In this document: one piece after another, positions 24,871 through 37,727 of the stretch
Numbering within the stretch: the stretch's first letter is position 1
Layout of the letters: each line of letters starts with the position of its first letter
Assembly: GCF_000143415.4 (NCBI RefSeq)
Contig: NW_003314343.1
Span: forward strand, 310,813 to 374,812
Reading direction: 5' to 3'
DNA length: 64,000 nt
Source of the DNA: Selaginella moellendorffii
Taxonomy: Eukaryota > Plantae > Lycopodiophyta
Made by a program: the position numbers and the translations under genes
Notes under the pieces: model-generated
Database searches by the model: none
Seen by the model: only the letters and a program-made list of their open reading frames with translations
Told to the model about the DNA's origin: nothing

Positions 24871-26568
24871 TGTGAAACACAAAATCCCTAGGCCCCAAAG
24901 TGGAGCCGGAAGGGTGCCACATGGTAGTGGCTGAAGCGAAAGCCAAACGAGCATAACACGTTTGGACTAAAAGCTCAACCTTGAAAGGTCGAGAGTGGGA
25001 GTGGAACTCCCAACAAAGTGTTCAAGGAATGAGCACAAAGCAAGCAATAAACGAGGCTCTAAAAGGGGACCCAAAAGGACCAATACATGAACACATGGAA
25101 GTGTCCGAGATGGAGTCCGAGATGGATCAAGACGGAGTCCGAGATGGAGTCCGAGATGGACCGAGACGGAGTCTAAGATGGAGTCCGAGATGGAGTCTGA
25201 GATGGACCGAGACGGAGTCTAAGATGGAGTCCGAGATGGAGTCCGAGATGGACTGAGACGAAGTCCAAGATGGAGTCCGAGATGGACCCGAGATGGAGTC
25301 CGAGATGGAGTCCGAGACGAAGTCCAAGATGGAGTCCGAGATGGACCCGAGATGGAATCCGAGATGGAGTTTGAGAAGGACCTGAGATGGAGTCCGAGGT
25401 CGAGACCGAGACCAGGACTGAGACCGAGACCAAGACCGAGACCGAGACCGAGATCGGGACCGAGATCGAGACCGAGGCCAAGGCCGAGACTGAGCCCGAG
25501 CCCGAGTCCGAGTCCGAGTCCGAGTCCGAGTCCGGGTCTGAGTCCGAGTCTGAGTCCGAGTTCAAGTCTGAGAGGGTGAAAGCCCAAAGCGTTCATCTCC
25601 CAAACCCTAGGGGGTTTGGTGAGCTCCAAAAGTATAGTAAGGGGGAGGACTGCAGTGGAGCCAGTTTAGCCAGGAAAGGCCAGTTTGGCCCAGGAAGGCT
25701 GTACCCAGTGTTGGGTGATGAGCTGCCCAGTGGGAAGTCCAAGACTAAAGTGAACACAAACCGATAAGTGGGGTAGCTTGGTGAAGTGTTCAAAAGCCAG
25801 CTCTAGTTCCCCCGGGAGATCGACTAGCCGATGCTCCTAGTCCAAGTGTGGGTGGCACTACCTACTTGGATACTTGGTGTAGCTCAACGAAACCTCGCTC
25901 TAAGCCCATGGCTAGAGCACCCAAAGGCAGAAGGCAAGGAGAGTACCCACGAGGCTTGCGTAAGGCCATGGTGTTCCGAAATGTTGTCCCAAAGGCCCAG
26001 ACTATGGAAAGGAAGAGGAGTAGTCCTTTGGTGTAGTGACCAAGAATACAGTTGTGCGGTGAAGAAGTCCCAGAGGACCATGGGACTTAGTGGTCAGGCC
26101 TATGGGCCTTGATTCAGTGGCAGTGTTGGCAAACACGGCCAAGGACAGAGAGGGACTTGGTGGGGACCAGAAAGGAGATATTGGGGAAAGTTATTCCCTA
26201 TATCTGTGGGCATCCTAAGGATGCTAAGGAGTGGATTTGGGATGACCACTCATGGATAGATTGCCCAGTCTTGGAGAGACGGGATTGCAATGCAGGTGGT
26301 GTTGGACCACCGATGTGACCAAGGTGATTGGGCATGGCTTAGCGTAACGGGCTGGTATGTTGGTGGTGCTTTGGGGTGTCGGTCATGGGACCGGACACGT
26401 GGAGCACTTGGACCAAGTGTAAAGGTTGAGTGGCATGGATGCCATTCTCGAGGCTTGCAAGCCCCAAGTCCTGAGAAGGACTTATGGAGGTTGTGAATGA
26501 GACTCCTTCAAGTGGTCAAAGATGCAGTTAAGTGACTAAAGTAGAATGGAAAAAATTAGTCACTTACA
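24871..26568 (+). mobile_element. Solo LTR, family 1, copy A (1698 bp)
   Basis: TG...CA ends, perfect 5-bp TSD GCTCT (24866-24870 and 26569-26573), internal GAGATGGAGTCC/GAGTCC arrays. Confidence 0.92.
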
Positions 26569-26764
26569 GCTCTAGAACTATTTCCAACATCACTCTATGC
26601 TTTTATGCTCCTTGGGCTAAAAGCTTAGCATTCACTCCATGCTTTAGTTCCTTTACTTCTTGGTTGCAAGTTTGGGAGTTTAGCTCCATACCTTTATTTA
26701 GTGGCCCAAGGCTCTGAAACTTAGATTCCACCTTACTGTCTTTGGACATGTGGCATGTGGTATG

Positions 26765-28300
26765 TGTAAGTGATTAAATTTTCCATTTTACCTTAGTCAC
26801 TTAACCACACCTTTGACCACTTAGAGGAGTTTTGTTCACAACCTCCATAAGTCCTATTTCTAGCTTGGGATATGCTAACCTTATGAATGACATTTATGCC
26901 ATTTAGCCTTTGCACTTGGTCCAAATACTCCATGTGTCCAATCTCATGACCGACACCCAAAGGTACCACCAACATATCAGTTTATTATGCTAAAGCCATG
27001 CCCATTCACCATTGTCATATTAATAATCCAAGACCACTTGCATCATAGTCATGTCTCTCAAAGACTAGGCCATCTATCTATGAGTAATCATCCCTTGACC
27101 ACACCTTAGCACCTTAGGATGCCCAGTACACCCTTCCCCAATATCCCTTCTTGCATCCCCACTAAGTCCTTCTCTCATCCATAGCCGTGTTCACCAACAC
27201 TGCCACTGGGTCAAGGCCTAAAGGCCCAACCACTAAGTCCCATTGTCCTTTGGGACTTCCTCACCATGTGACTATATCCTTGATCACTACACCAAAGGAT
27301 TATTCCTCTTCTTTTCCATAGTCTAAGATTTTAGAATAACATTTCAAAACACTATAGCCCTACGCAAGCTTTGTGAGTATTCTCCCCACCTTTCACCTTT
27401 GGGTGCTCTAGCCATGGGGCTAGAGCGAGGTTCCACTGAGCCACACCAGGTATCTAAGTAAGTAGTGCCACTTACACATGGACTGAGAGCATTGACCTTT
27501 CAATATCTTGGAGGAACTAAAGCCAGCTCTTGAACAATTCACCAAGCTACCCCACTTGTCCGTCCGTAGTCACTTTAATCTTGGACTTCTCAGTGGATAT
27601 ATCATCACCCAAGACACAGGCATAACATCCCTGGGTCACATTGGCCTTTCTTAGTCAAATTGGTTCCACTAGAGTCCAACCCCCATGCTCTCTATACTAT
27701 ATTTTTGGAACCCTCTACAGCCACCCCTTGGGGGATGATCGCTTAGGGCTTTCACCCCATAGCTTGTATTAATATTCAAACTTGGACTCGGCAGACTCAG
27801 ACTCGGTCTCGGTCTTGGTCTCATTTTGAATTCCATCTGGGGTCCATCTTAGATTGCATCTCAAGTCTATTTCAGGTCCATCTTGAGTCCATCTTGGGTC
27901 CATCTCGAACTCCATCTCAGATCCATCTCAAACTCCATCTAAGGTCCATCTTAAGTTTATCTCGAGTTCCATCTCAAACTCTATCTTAGGTTCATCTTGT
28001 ACTCCATCTCAAGTCCATCTCAGGTCCATTTTGGACTCCATCTTAAGTCCATCTTGGACTCTATCTTGACACTTCCACATATCATATATTAGTCTTCTTA
28101 TATCCCTTTTTTAGATACTCACTTATTGCTCACTTTGTGTTTGTTCCTTGAGCACTTCGTTGATAGTTCCACTCCCACTTTCAACTTTTCAAGTCAGAGC
28201 TTTTAGTTTAATATGTTACATTTGTTTGGCTTTTGCTTTGGCCACTACTAAATGGCATTTTTTCAGCTCCACTTTGAGGCTCTAAAATTTGTGTTTCACA
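26765..28300 (-). mobile_element. LTR family 1, copy B (oldest; probable 3' LTR of a truncated element)
   Basis: Reverse-complement homolog of copy A with heavy C>T/G>A decay and no TSD. On the minus strand it is preceded by TGAGGAC...GGATGGTAGAGT, a PPT-like flank. Confidence 0.82.
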
Positions 28301-30121
28301 ACTCTACCATCCATAGACAAAGTTTGATGTCCTCATTGAACGATAAACCATTTTATATAACAACCCCATCCTAAATCACCATATTCATTTTTGGCACCAA
28401 ACTAATATTGGTCAATGGTTCAACATCGAAGGTTCACCATGCATTGCTCATCTTGTAAAGAGCATAGTCTCTCCCAACTTAGAGACTCATTAGACCATTT
28501 TTTATAGTTCTCCCTTTATTTGGTTTAGTTCTCGCTAAACCCAATAAAGACAATTTTTTCTATCTCAATTAAACTACTTTTTAGCTTCTATCAATATAAC
28601 TATCACACTTTGGAAATTTTAAGTTTGATTTCTCAAAGTCAATTTTTTGGGTGTCTTTAATACTTTATATTGCACATGTTGTGCAAACTCCATGTCCCCA
28701 TCCTAAAAAGTTCTTTACCTAAGGGAACCATTATCCTCTCTTTTATTTCATGCCACTTTAAATACTAAGTTCCATTTATTCATAGTTTGTGCTAAGGCTG
28801 TCCACAGCCTTATCATTGACTACAATCTAGTTCTTGGAGGATGTTTGAAGATCAAGAAAACAATGTATATAAGCTTAAATGGATTCTTGTTGATAAGAAA
28901 TTCAAGTACTTTGAAAATAACTTTGAAGATAAATTAAAGATTTTGAAGGGTAATATGAAGGTTGGCCATATCAATTTCAAATAGTAGTTAGTATGGTGCA
29001 CAATTCTTGATAGGAACTATTTACCTTTTATCTTTTCCCAACTTTTTCTCGTTTTTGGCTTTGCCTCTATAGATTTCTAGTGTTTCTTCTTCATCTATTG
29101 CACTTTTTTCTTCTAGTACATTGATCAATTCTAACTTTTATGATTCTTGTTCTTAGTCTAATGTTAAATTGAGTGCTCTTTGTCTCCCTCAAAATAATCT
29201 AGATTTTATTATTTATTTACTATCTCTTTATATTTACTGAATAAATTTAACTATCAAAGAATGCAAACAATATGCAAAACAACTTACTAAAGACAACTAA
29301 AAGAACACAAAGTATCACCAATTGATAAAAAAGTATATTTGCCACTACTGGCCACTACAAGAATCAAATTTCAACCGGATTTGAACTCAATATCTATTAT
29401 TCATATAGATGGGTATATGGGAATCTAAATTAAGTTTCTAAGTTAGCTTCAGTTATATCAAATTAGTTTTTAGATCCCTATAACAGTAAAGTTTTTTGAC
29501 GACTTTGTACTCAAAATGTTTAATACAAATTTATCTTTTCTTTTCTATTTCATACTTTATTAGAATTTTTATTGTCTTCCTTCTTCTTGATAATAAACTT
29601 CTAAGAGATTGAATATTTTGTTATCAAAGGCTTTTTTATATCCTCTTCTTCAGCAAATTATTCAATATGAATAGCAACTCACTAGTTTAAAGTTTTAGAC
29701 TGGTATGCCATTAAATTTTGAAAGCATGTGGTCTAAGTTTTGTGGCTTCTTTGACTAAGTTAAACTTTAAATTATTATATAGTTTACCCAATATTCCACT
29801 TTAACTTCTTGTGTAGGATCAATTGAATCCATGATAGACTTTTTTAAATTCCCCACCCTTTTTAAAAAGAGTGATCTTGTTCTTTAAGATTTCAATTTCT
29901 TTATTCAATGTTTCACTAGCATGTTCAACAATACTAATCAAGAGTATACCACCATTAATAAGTTATAACAATTTTTGCCAAAGCTCCAAATCTAGATTTG
30001 TTTATGTATTAGAGTTCCAAATGATTGCTATTGATATTTCATTAGACAATATAGATCTCAAAGAATATTTTTACCTTGGCTTTAATGACAAGATCAAAGA
30101 TCTCATGGTTTTTCATTTAAC

Positions 30122-31805
30122 TGTAAGCGACTAAATTTTCCATTCTACTTTAGTCACTTAACCACACCTCTGTCCACTTGGAGGAGTCTCATTCACAACC
30201 TCCATAAGTCCAATCCAGGACTTGGGACTTGCTAGCCCCGAGAATGGCATCCATGCCACTCAACATTTGCACTTGGTCCAAGTGCTCCACGTGTCCGATC
30301 CCATGACCGACACTCAAAGGTACCACCGACATAGCAGCCCGTTACGCTAAGGCCATGCCCAATCACCTTTGCCACACTGGTAGTCCAATACCACTTGCAT
30401 CACCGTCTTGGCTCTCCAAGACTAGGCAAACCATCCGTGAGTGGTCATCTCAGATCCACTCCTTAGCATCCTTAGGATGCCCACTGACAAGGGGAATAGC
30501 CTTCCCCAATATCCCTCTGTCAGTCCCCACTAAGTCCCTTTCTGCCCCTGGCCGTGTTTGCCAACACTGCCACTGGATCGAGACCCACAGACCCGACCAC
30601 TAAGTCCCACGGTCCTCTGGGACTTCCTCACCACACAACTGTGTCCTTGGTCACTACCCCAGAGGACTGCTCCTCTTCCTTTCCACAGTCTGGGCCTTTG
30701 GGACAACATTTCGGAACACCGTGGCCTTACGCGAGCCACCTGGGTACTCTCCTCGCCTTCTGCCCTTGGGTGCTCTAGCCATGGGCTTAGAGCGGGTTCC
30801 GTTGAGCCACACCAGGTATCCAAGTAGGTAGTGCCACCCACACTTGGACTGGGAGCATCGGCTAGTCGATCTCCCGGGGGAACTAGAGCCGGCTCTTGAA
30901 CACTTCACCAAGCTACCCCGCTTGTCGGTCCGTGTTCACTCTAGTCTTGGACTTCCCAGTGGGCAGCTCATCACCCAACACTGGGTCCGGCCTTCCTGGG
31001 CCAAACTGGCCTTTCCTGGCCAAACTGGCTCCACTGCAGTCCTCCCCCTACTATACTTTTGGAGCTCACCAAACCCCCCAGGGTCTGGGAGACGAACGCT
31101 TTGGGCTTTCACCCTCTCAGGCTCCGGACTCGGACTCGGACTCGGACTCGGACTCGGACTCGGACTCGAACTCGGACTCGGACTCGGGCTCGGGCTCGGT
31201 CTCAGCCTCGGCCTCGGTCTCGGTCTTGGTCCCGATCTCGGTCTCAGTCTCGGTCTCGGTCTCGGTCTCGGTCTCGACTTCGGACTCCATCTCGGACTCC
31301 ATCTCGGGTCCATCTCGGACTCCATCTCGGACTCCATTTCGGGTCCATCTCGGGTCCACCTCGGACTCCATCTCGGACTCCATCTCGGACTCCATCTCGG
31401 GTCCATCTCGGACTCCACTTCGGACTCCAACTCGGGTCCATCTCGGACTCCACTTCGGACTCCAACTCGGGTCCATCTCGGACTCCACTTCGGACTCCAA
31501 CTCGGGTCCATCTCGGACTCCAACTCGAGTCCATCTCGGACTCCACTTCGGACTCCAACTCGGGTCCATCTCGGACTCCACGTGTCATGTGTTGGCCCTT
31601 TTGGGTCCCTTTTTGGAGCCTTGCCTTTTGCTCGCTTCGTGCTCGTTCCTCGAGCACTTTGTTGGGAGTTCCACTCCCGCTCTTGACTTTTCAAGTCGGA
31701 GCTTTTGGTCCAAACGTGTTACGCTCATTTGGCTCTCGCTTCAGCCACTACCACGTGGCACCCTTTCCGGCTCCACTTTGGGGCCTAGGGATTTTGTGTC
31801 TCACA
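30122..31805 (-). mobile_element. Solo LTR, family 1, copy C (1684 bp, youngest)
   Basis: TG...CA ends, perfect 5-bp TSD TTAAC (30117-30121 and 31806-31810), CpG-rich intact tandem arrays at 31125-31580. Confidence 0.93.
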
Positions 31806-32097
31806 TTAACATCTTTCATGACTATCATTGATCTTGTTATTTATTGTGATAATTAATTGTAGGAATGATAATTAGAGTGTAGTTATTAAACCTTTATTCC
31901 TTATTTAATATCCTCAATGTTGGAATAAATAACATATGAGCAAGGTGCAAATTTAATAGTATATCAACAATGTATTTTTGATGTTGAATAATGATGTCAA
32001 ATTGAAAAACACTTGTATATATATCATGTAAACACAAACCACTTCTTGTAATATATATAGACCACTTCTAAGAGCAATATCCTCATCATCACACTAC

Positions 32098-33919
32098 TAT
32101 TATAAATGTAATTTTGGGTATCTAAAAATACTTGTTAGCCAGTCTTTACAGACACTCTTTTTTTACTGCCATGATGGCAAGAGGTCGATACTACTAGTTC
32201 CCTTTATTAGCTCCTTTTAAAGAAGTGTTAGTAAACTGGATTTAGCATCTATACTTGGGTAGATGAGCATAAGAAAGGAATTCTTAAGTATCTATTTAGC
32301 TAAGCATACTTGGCCTAGCTTGTTAGTTCTCTTTTGCTCTATCTTGCACTGGCTTGCAAGAACCATCACGTATTGAGTCTAGTTCCTCAATATCGCTATA
32401 TGATAGCTTATCATGTCTATTAAACACCCTTGATGTCATGCTTTATGTGTTGGTTCCATTCTGGATTTATATGTTATTTATAGTAAGTGTCTAGATCTAC
32501 CCACGAAGCATATCTATGGAATGTAGAGAGTGTCCTAAACCTTATGATGTTGTTCTTGCTCCCTAATTTGTGATCTATTTAATAAGTTTAACACTTGTCC
32601 CAGAAACTAACTCCTAATACTAAAAGAGGCTAGGGGTGAAAGGCCAAAGTGTGTGTTTCTTAAGAAGGGTGGGGGGGGGGGGAGGAAGGGAGAGGGGGGG
32701 TTCCAAATGTATAGTAAGAATAGTGGTTGGAATGCATATTCAACCACCTAAAATATTAGTTTGGCTTTTACTAGGCTATATTGCTCTTTGTCTACATCTA
32801 GTTTGGGTCTAAGCCCAAGCTTCACACTGCTCTAGTTGATGGAATATCCTCCTCCTTGCGTTAAACCACCGGTATGCCAAAATCGTGCCGGACACTATTT
32901 GACCCCATTTTATGTGTAAGTGGTGAGTATGGGGAGCTGGTGCTCATGAGATTGTACTGGACCCTTGTTTGATAGTGCAATGGATTTGGAGTTTGGCTCC
33001 AAACTCAAGTGCACTATATTTGGTCATGTGTGTTTTGACCAAATGTAGCACACTTGAATTTGAAGTTGAACTCCAAACCTGTTGCACTATGAAACAAGGG
33101 TCCGGTACAATCTCATGAGCACCAACTCCTTGTATCCAACACCTACATGCAAAACAGTGTCAAACAGTGTCTGGCATGATTTTGGCATATCAGTGGCATA
33201 ATGTGAAGAGGAGGGTACTCCATCGACTAGAGTAGTATAGAGCTTGGGCTTAAACTTAAACCAAATGCAGAACAAGGAGCGACACAGCCCAGTAGGAGTT
33301 AAACTAATGTCTTAAATGGTCAGACATACATTTCAACCACTATCCCTATTATACATTTAGAACCCCCCATATCCCCCCTTGAGGAACACATGCTTTAGGC
33401 TTTCACCCCAAGCCTCCCTTAGTACCAAGAGTTAGTCTCTGGGACAAGCATGAAACTTACTAAATATGGAATAGTGCTAGATCATGAATCAAGGAGCAAG
33501 AACAATACCATAGGGTTCAAGACACTCTCTACATTCTGTACATATGCCTCGTGGATGGATCTAGACACTTACCATAAATAGCATATAGATTCAGAATGGA
33601 ACCAACACATAAAATATGATATCAAGGGTGTTTAGTAGACATATAATGACATTAAAGGACTAAACTCAATATGCAAAGGTTCTTGCCAAGCAAGTGTAAG
33701 ACAAAGCAAAAGAAAACTAACAAGCCAAGCAAAGTATGCTTGGCTAAATAAACACTTAGGAATTCATTCTACAAATGCTAAATTTAATTTACTAACACTT
33801 GGACAAGAGGGGCTAATAATCAGTAGTACTGACCTTCTATTGTCATGGCAGTAAAGAAAGAGTGTTTATAAGGACTAGCCGACAAATATCTTTCGATATT
33901 TGAAGTCACATTTGCGACA
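32098..33919. mobile_element. 1.82-kb palindromic (fold-back) element made of two inverted family-2 LTR-like arms
   Basis: Arms 32098-33026 and 33036-33919 are reverse complements (~80% by eye) around a 9-nt loop. Flanks are ACTAC and ATTAC. Confidence 0.85.
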
Positions 33920-34349
33920 ATTACTTGTCAAGCTCGTACAATGGATGCAACACTTATCATTTTGGAAAATGAAAATGTTCAATTTAATTAAGGGGTGCTC
34001 AACTAAGTGAATCATCTCTTCTTCCTCATTTTGGCTTTATTTATATTTTTCAAGGATCTCTCATCATTACTCACTTTTAGTTCATTAAATTTAGTTTCAT
34101 TTTTTGCATTTTAAATGATAGTGGCATTAATATAAACTTTAGTGATTGGGAGTTTGTGCTTTCTCTTGGCATTCTCTTTCAGCTAGCATAACATCTAACT
34201 TATACTAAAGTGGTAGACAGTCAATAAATCTCCTTTAGGTTTATTATTCATGAGATTGATTTAGTGCACATTAGGATTTGTTATCTTCAATATTATTTTC
34301 ATTATGAAGATATTATTGCAAATGTGATTTAATGAGTCCTTTTGGATTT

Positions 34350-35300
34350 TTTTTTTTACTGCCATGATGGTAGGAAATTAGTATTATTGATTCCCTTTGA
34401 TAGTCCTTTTGTTACTAAATTAACTTTAATATCTATATTTGGCTGGATAAGCATAAAAAGGAATTCCTAAATGTCTACATCCTTAGCTCAGTTTGTTAAA
34501 TTTCTTTTCACTCTATCTTGCACTAACTTATTAAAAACCTTCATATGTTGAGCATTAGTCCCTCTGTATAATAGCTTTGCTATCATGCCCCATATGTTGA
34601 TCTTTATTTATGAAAAATGTCTAGATTTGTGAGTGAGATATATCTATGGAATACAAAAATTGTTTTGAACATGATAGTGTTATTCTCAAGTCCAGATTCA
34701 CAATCTAACTCTATCTCATATTTAGTAAGTTTTCATGATTGTCCTAGAGATTTAACTTCTAAGACACCAAAAGTGTGCTTTCATATATAAGGTGGTGGGG
34801 CTTTAAATGTTTAATAGAGATAGTGGTTGAGATATTATCTTTTATAACCAACTTGGGTCTACATCTAGTTTAGGTTCAAGCCAAAGCTCCATATAATGTT
34901 AGTTGGTGAAGTACTTATATTTTCAACCAGTATGCTAAAATAATGCTAAATTTTATTTGGCTCCATTTTGCATATTAGTTTTGGCATTAGAATATTGGAT
35001 GTTCTAGAATTATTCAAATGTCACTCCATGCTCCCACTCTTTTACTTCTTGGTTATACACTTAAGAGTTGTGTTATGCTCCAATTCCTTCATTCTTTAGT
35101 TATATATTTAGGAGTTTGGTTACGTCTTTCCATCCCAAGGTTCTAAAATTCAAGTTTTGCTCAATTCCCTTTGGACAAATATTCACTATCTCATTTCTTG
35201 AAACATAAGTTTTTAGAGGTTGAATCTTCATCCAACTTTAGAGATTCTATACTTTTTTTATCCTAAGCTCCTCCTCACACTTTATCTATGGTCTTTTTGT
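34350..35300 (+). mobile_element. Decayed copy of the family-2 LTR-like repeat
   Basis: ttttactgccatgatgg...gtctagat...gttggtgaagtact is collinear with 32160-32920 and 24100-24870. Confidence 0.7.
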
Positions 35301-36299
35301 GTATTAATGAAAAGTGTAAAACAGTTAGAAAAAGTTTAAAATAGTAAGCTGAAATATTTAAAAAGTATAAGAGAGATTTCACACCCACTATTAAACTAGT
35401 AAATTTAATAGTAATTTGTTCACACCACCACACTATTATATTAGATTTTGTAAACTCTAATTTAATAGCTGAATTAATGGTAACTTGTTCACACCAGAAA
35501 TTAACATTAAATTAGCTTCGTGGTAAATTAGCATTCTCTTTTTATTTTTCCTTACTTTTCTAGCATTAAAACTAAAATATTCAAGAATATTCGTTAGGGT
35601 GATTAGCTAGGGTAAGGCATGGTATCCTTGTTGCAGCAGCATGACTGGGGAGTGCTGCCAATCAATTGTTGAGCTATTGAACTATGAGAATGTTGCCAAT
35701 CAATCAATTGTTGCTGCTACTTGAGCTATGAGGGATTTAGGGTGTTTGCAATCAATTAATTGCGCTCAATCGTTGGAACACATTGTTGCCTGCCAGGGTT
35801 GTAAGGGCACTCCTAATATTACTGGACCTGTGAGGGATTTGTCACAATTCAATGAGCACCAAAGGTAAAAGATGAGGATAGATGAGGATTTGAACAAAGT
35901 GTGATTAAATAAGTTAATTTAAATGCTTATATGAACAGAATTTCATGACCTAACTATTTTTTAACAAAATTGACTAAATGTTGATGTGAACAGAATAACA
36001 TTAAAATTTTGAATTAAGTTTACCAGGAGCGAGACAAAGAAGAGGAAGAATCTCCCCAGTCAGAGCACTTGTACTTCAATAGCAGTGATCCACTCACCAC
36101 GAGAAGCAATGGCGAGGCGCAGCAGTGGAAGCTCAGCACGATCAAGCACGCCCTAGACGAAGGCTGCCACTTCTTCCACCTCGCATTTGATACTAATGAG
36201 GTTTTTAAATTCTAGGGTTCTTCCTTCTTTAATGCAAGTGTATACTACAGCGTTGCAAAACATGGTAACTTGTTTTGAAAGACGAATCGTATCAATCTT

Positions 36300-37665
36300 T
36301 TGATCGAGGGTCGAGAAAAAAAAAACCTTTGATATCTTGCAAGACGATTGAGTTACCTTTGCTGGAACGCAAGTGAAAGGGTTTCTTCTTCTTCTAAACT
36401 TTTAAAACTCTTTTCTCCTGTGATTCCTAGGCTGCAACTCTTGTAGATAATCAGCTCATCATTGCAAAGCTTTCCAACATCAGCAGAAAGAAAAGAGGCA
36501 TGGAACTTGGCAGTGCTAGTGACAATGGCAACTCTAGCAGCAGTGAAGAAATGAGCGACAAAGCTCCCAAGCTTGAGGTCAGCAACTTGTAGGCAAGATC
36601 TTCAGCCAGGTCCACATGATAGCTCATGAGGGATCATCAATCGCATTTGTGCCAACAAGAACCAGAAACTGAAGTTGTCGAGATATGAAGCTTCTTGCCA
36701 TGGTTTACACTGCTCTCATACTTTCACTGGGTTTGGGACTTCCTAGCCTCTTGCTAGAACTTCCGTGCTTTTTCTCGGGTTACAAACAAGGTACCCTTCC
36801 AAGTTGTTTCTCATGGGGTGGAAGGATTTGCTCTGGATTGGAGTTCGGTGCACCACAGATAGCTCGTGTCGTGCTTTGAACTGATTGATTGAACTTTTTC
36901 TTTTGCTAAGCCATGCTTTTCTTTCATCCAGGCAAGTGAATAATCTTTCTTTGTTGCTTTTACATAAACTTGATGATCAGTGGTGTCTGAGGGTGGATTT
37001 CTTTGAGCTTGCGGCTTGCTTCTCCAATGGAATAGTCAGTCTGTGGGAGTTTCCACTGGTACTTGCAAAACGGTGGTTAAAGTCCATGACACAGATGCTA
37101 ACGTGATCTCTTGGAACAGGTATACAGTTCTCAAAAACAAACACTTCACTGTCAAGTTCCCCAAAGTCCCAGTTTCAAACGGCAGCTTGCCACTGGTGGT
37201 GACGATGCCATCCATGTATGGCATCTAGACTCTCTCTTGCGCTTAAATTCCATACTTCCTCGATATCTAAATTTCGCAGGACTGCTTACCATTCTGCCTC
37301 AATAACTTCCATCGAATGGTCTTCTGATGAAAGTTCCACGGTTGACCACCAGTTAAAGTATGAATTTGTAGCGTGTGTCTCTTTTCTCTGTTTAGCTCAC
37401 ATTCTATCGTTGTTATGAGCAGTGTGTGGGATTTGAAAGCTTTCCCACATCAAGAAGCACAAGTGAAACAATTTCCTCAAGGCTTGCCTGAAAGCTTGGT
37501 AAAAGTTTTTAGATCGATTTTTTAATATTCCAAAGAGAAGTAAATCTATCTCTTTTCTTCAGGGACAAAGCGACTTAAGAGAAGTTCACTGGCATCCATA
37601 GCTACTGGAAACAATCGTTTCAACATCTCCCAGCAATTTCAACGTTTTCAAGCCTTCCAATTTCC
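36300..37665 (+). pseudogene. GRWD1/Rrb1-like WD40 pseudogene, copy 2
   Basis: FDILQDD, AHEG..NRI, VHDTDANVISWNR, YHSASITSIEWS and QGQSDLREVHWHP* fragments. Retains segments deleted from copy 1. Confidence 0.8.
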
Positions 37666-37727
37666 AAGGCGATCTTGAGTTTAAGCAGGAGGGGGAGGTT
37701 TACCGTGAAGGTACTCTGCGATTGCTC

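Larger units (their letters stand above)
18841..35327 (+). repeat. Tandem segmental duplication, unit 1 (longer, transposon-rich)
   Basis: Collinear with 36023-41637: WD40 3' end, GRWD1-like pseudogene, CYP, then AT-rich blocks 22860-23125, 28830-29700 and 34870-35327. Confidence 0.85.

Noticed and set aside
25100-25570. Regular short repeats suggestive of a CRISPR array
   Set aside because: No unique spacers, eukaryotic context, and the array lies within an LTR.
28830-30120. AT-rich minus-strand segment with protein-like fragments
   Set aside because: Too decayed to assign to gag, pol or a host gene by eye.
24981-31856. Many overlapping ORFs rich in ESEM, SPR, LGLG or RTRT
   Set aside because: They are stop-free translations of the 6/12-bp tandem arrays inside LTRs, not genes.
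32930-33130. Inner hairpin as a stand-alone miRNA precursor
   Set aside because: Pairing extends ~0.9 kb each side into transposon-derived sequence at similar divergence, and I recognise no mature miRNA.
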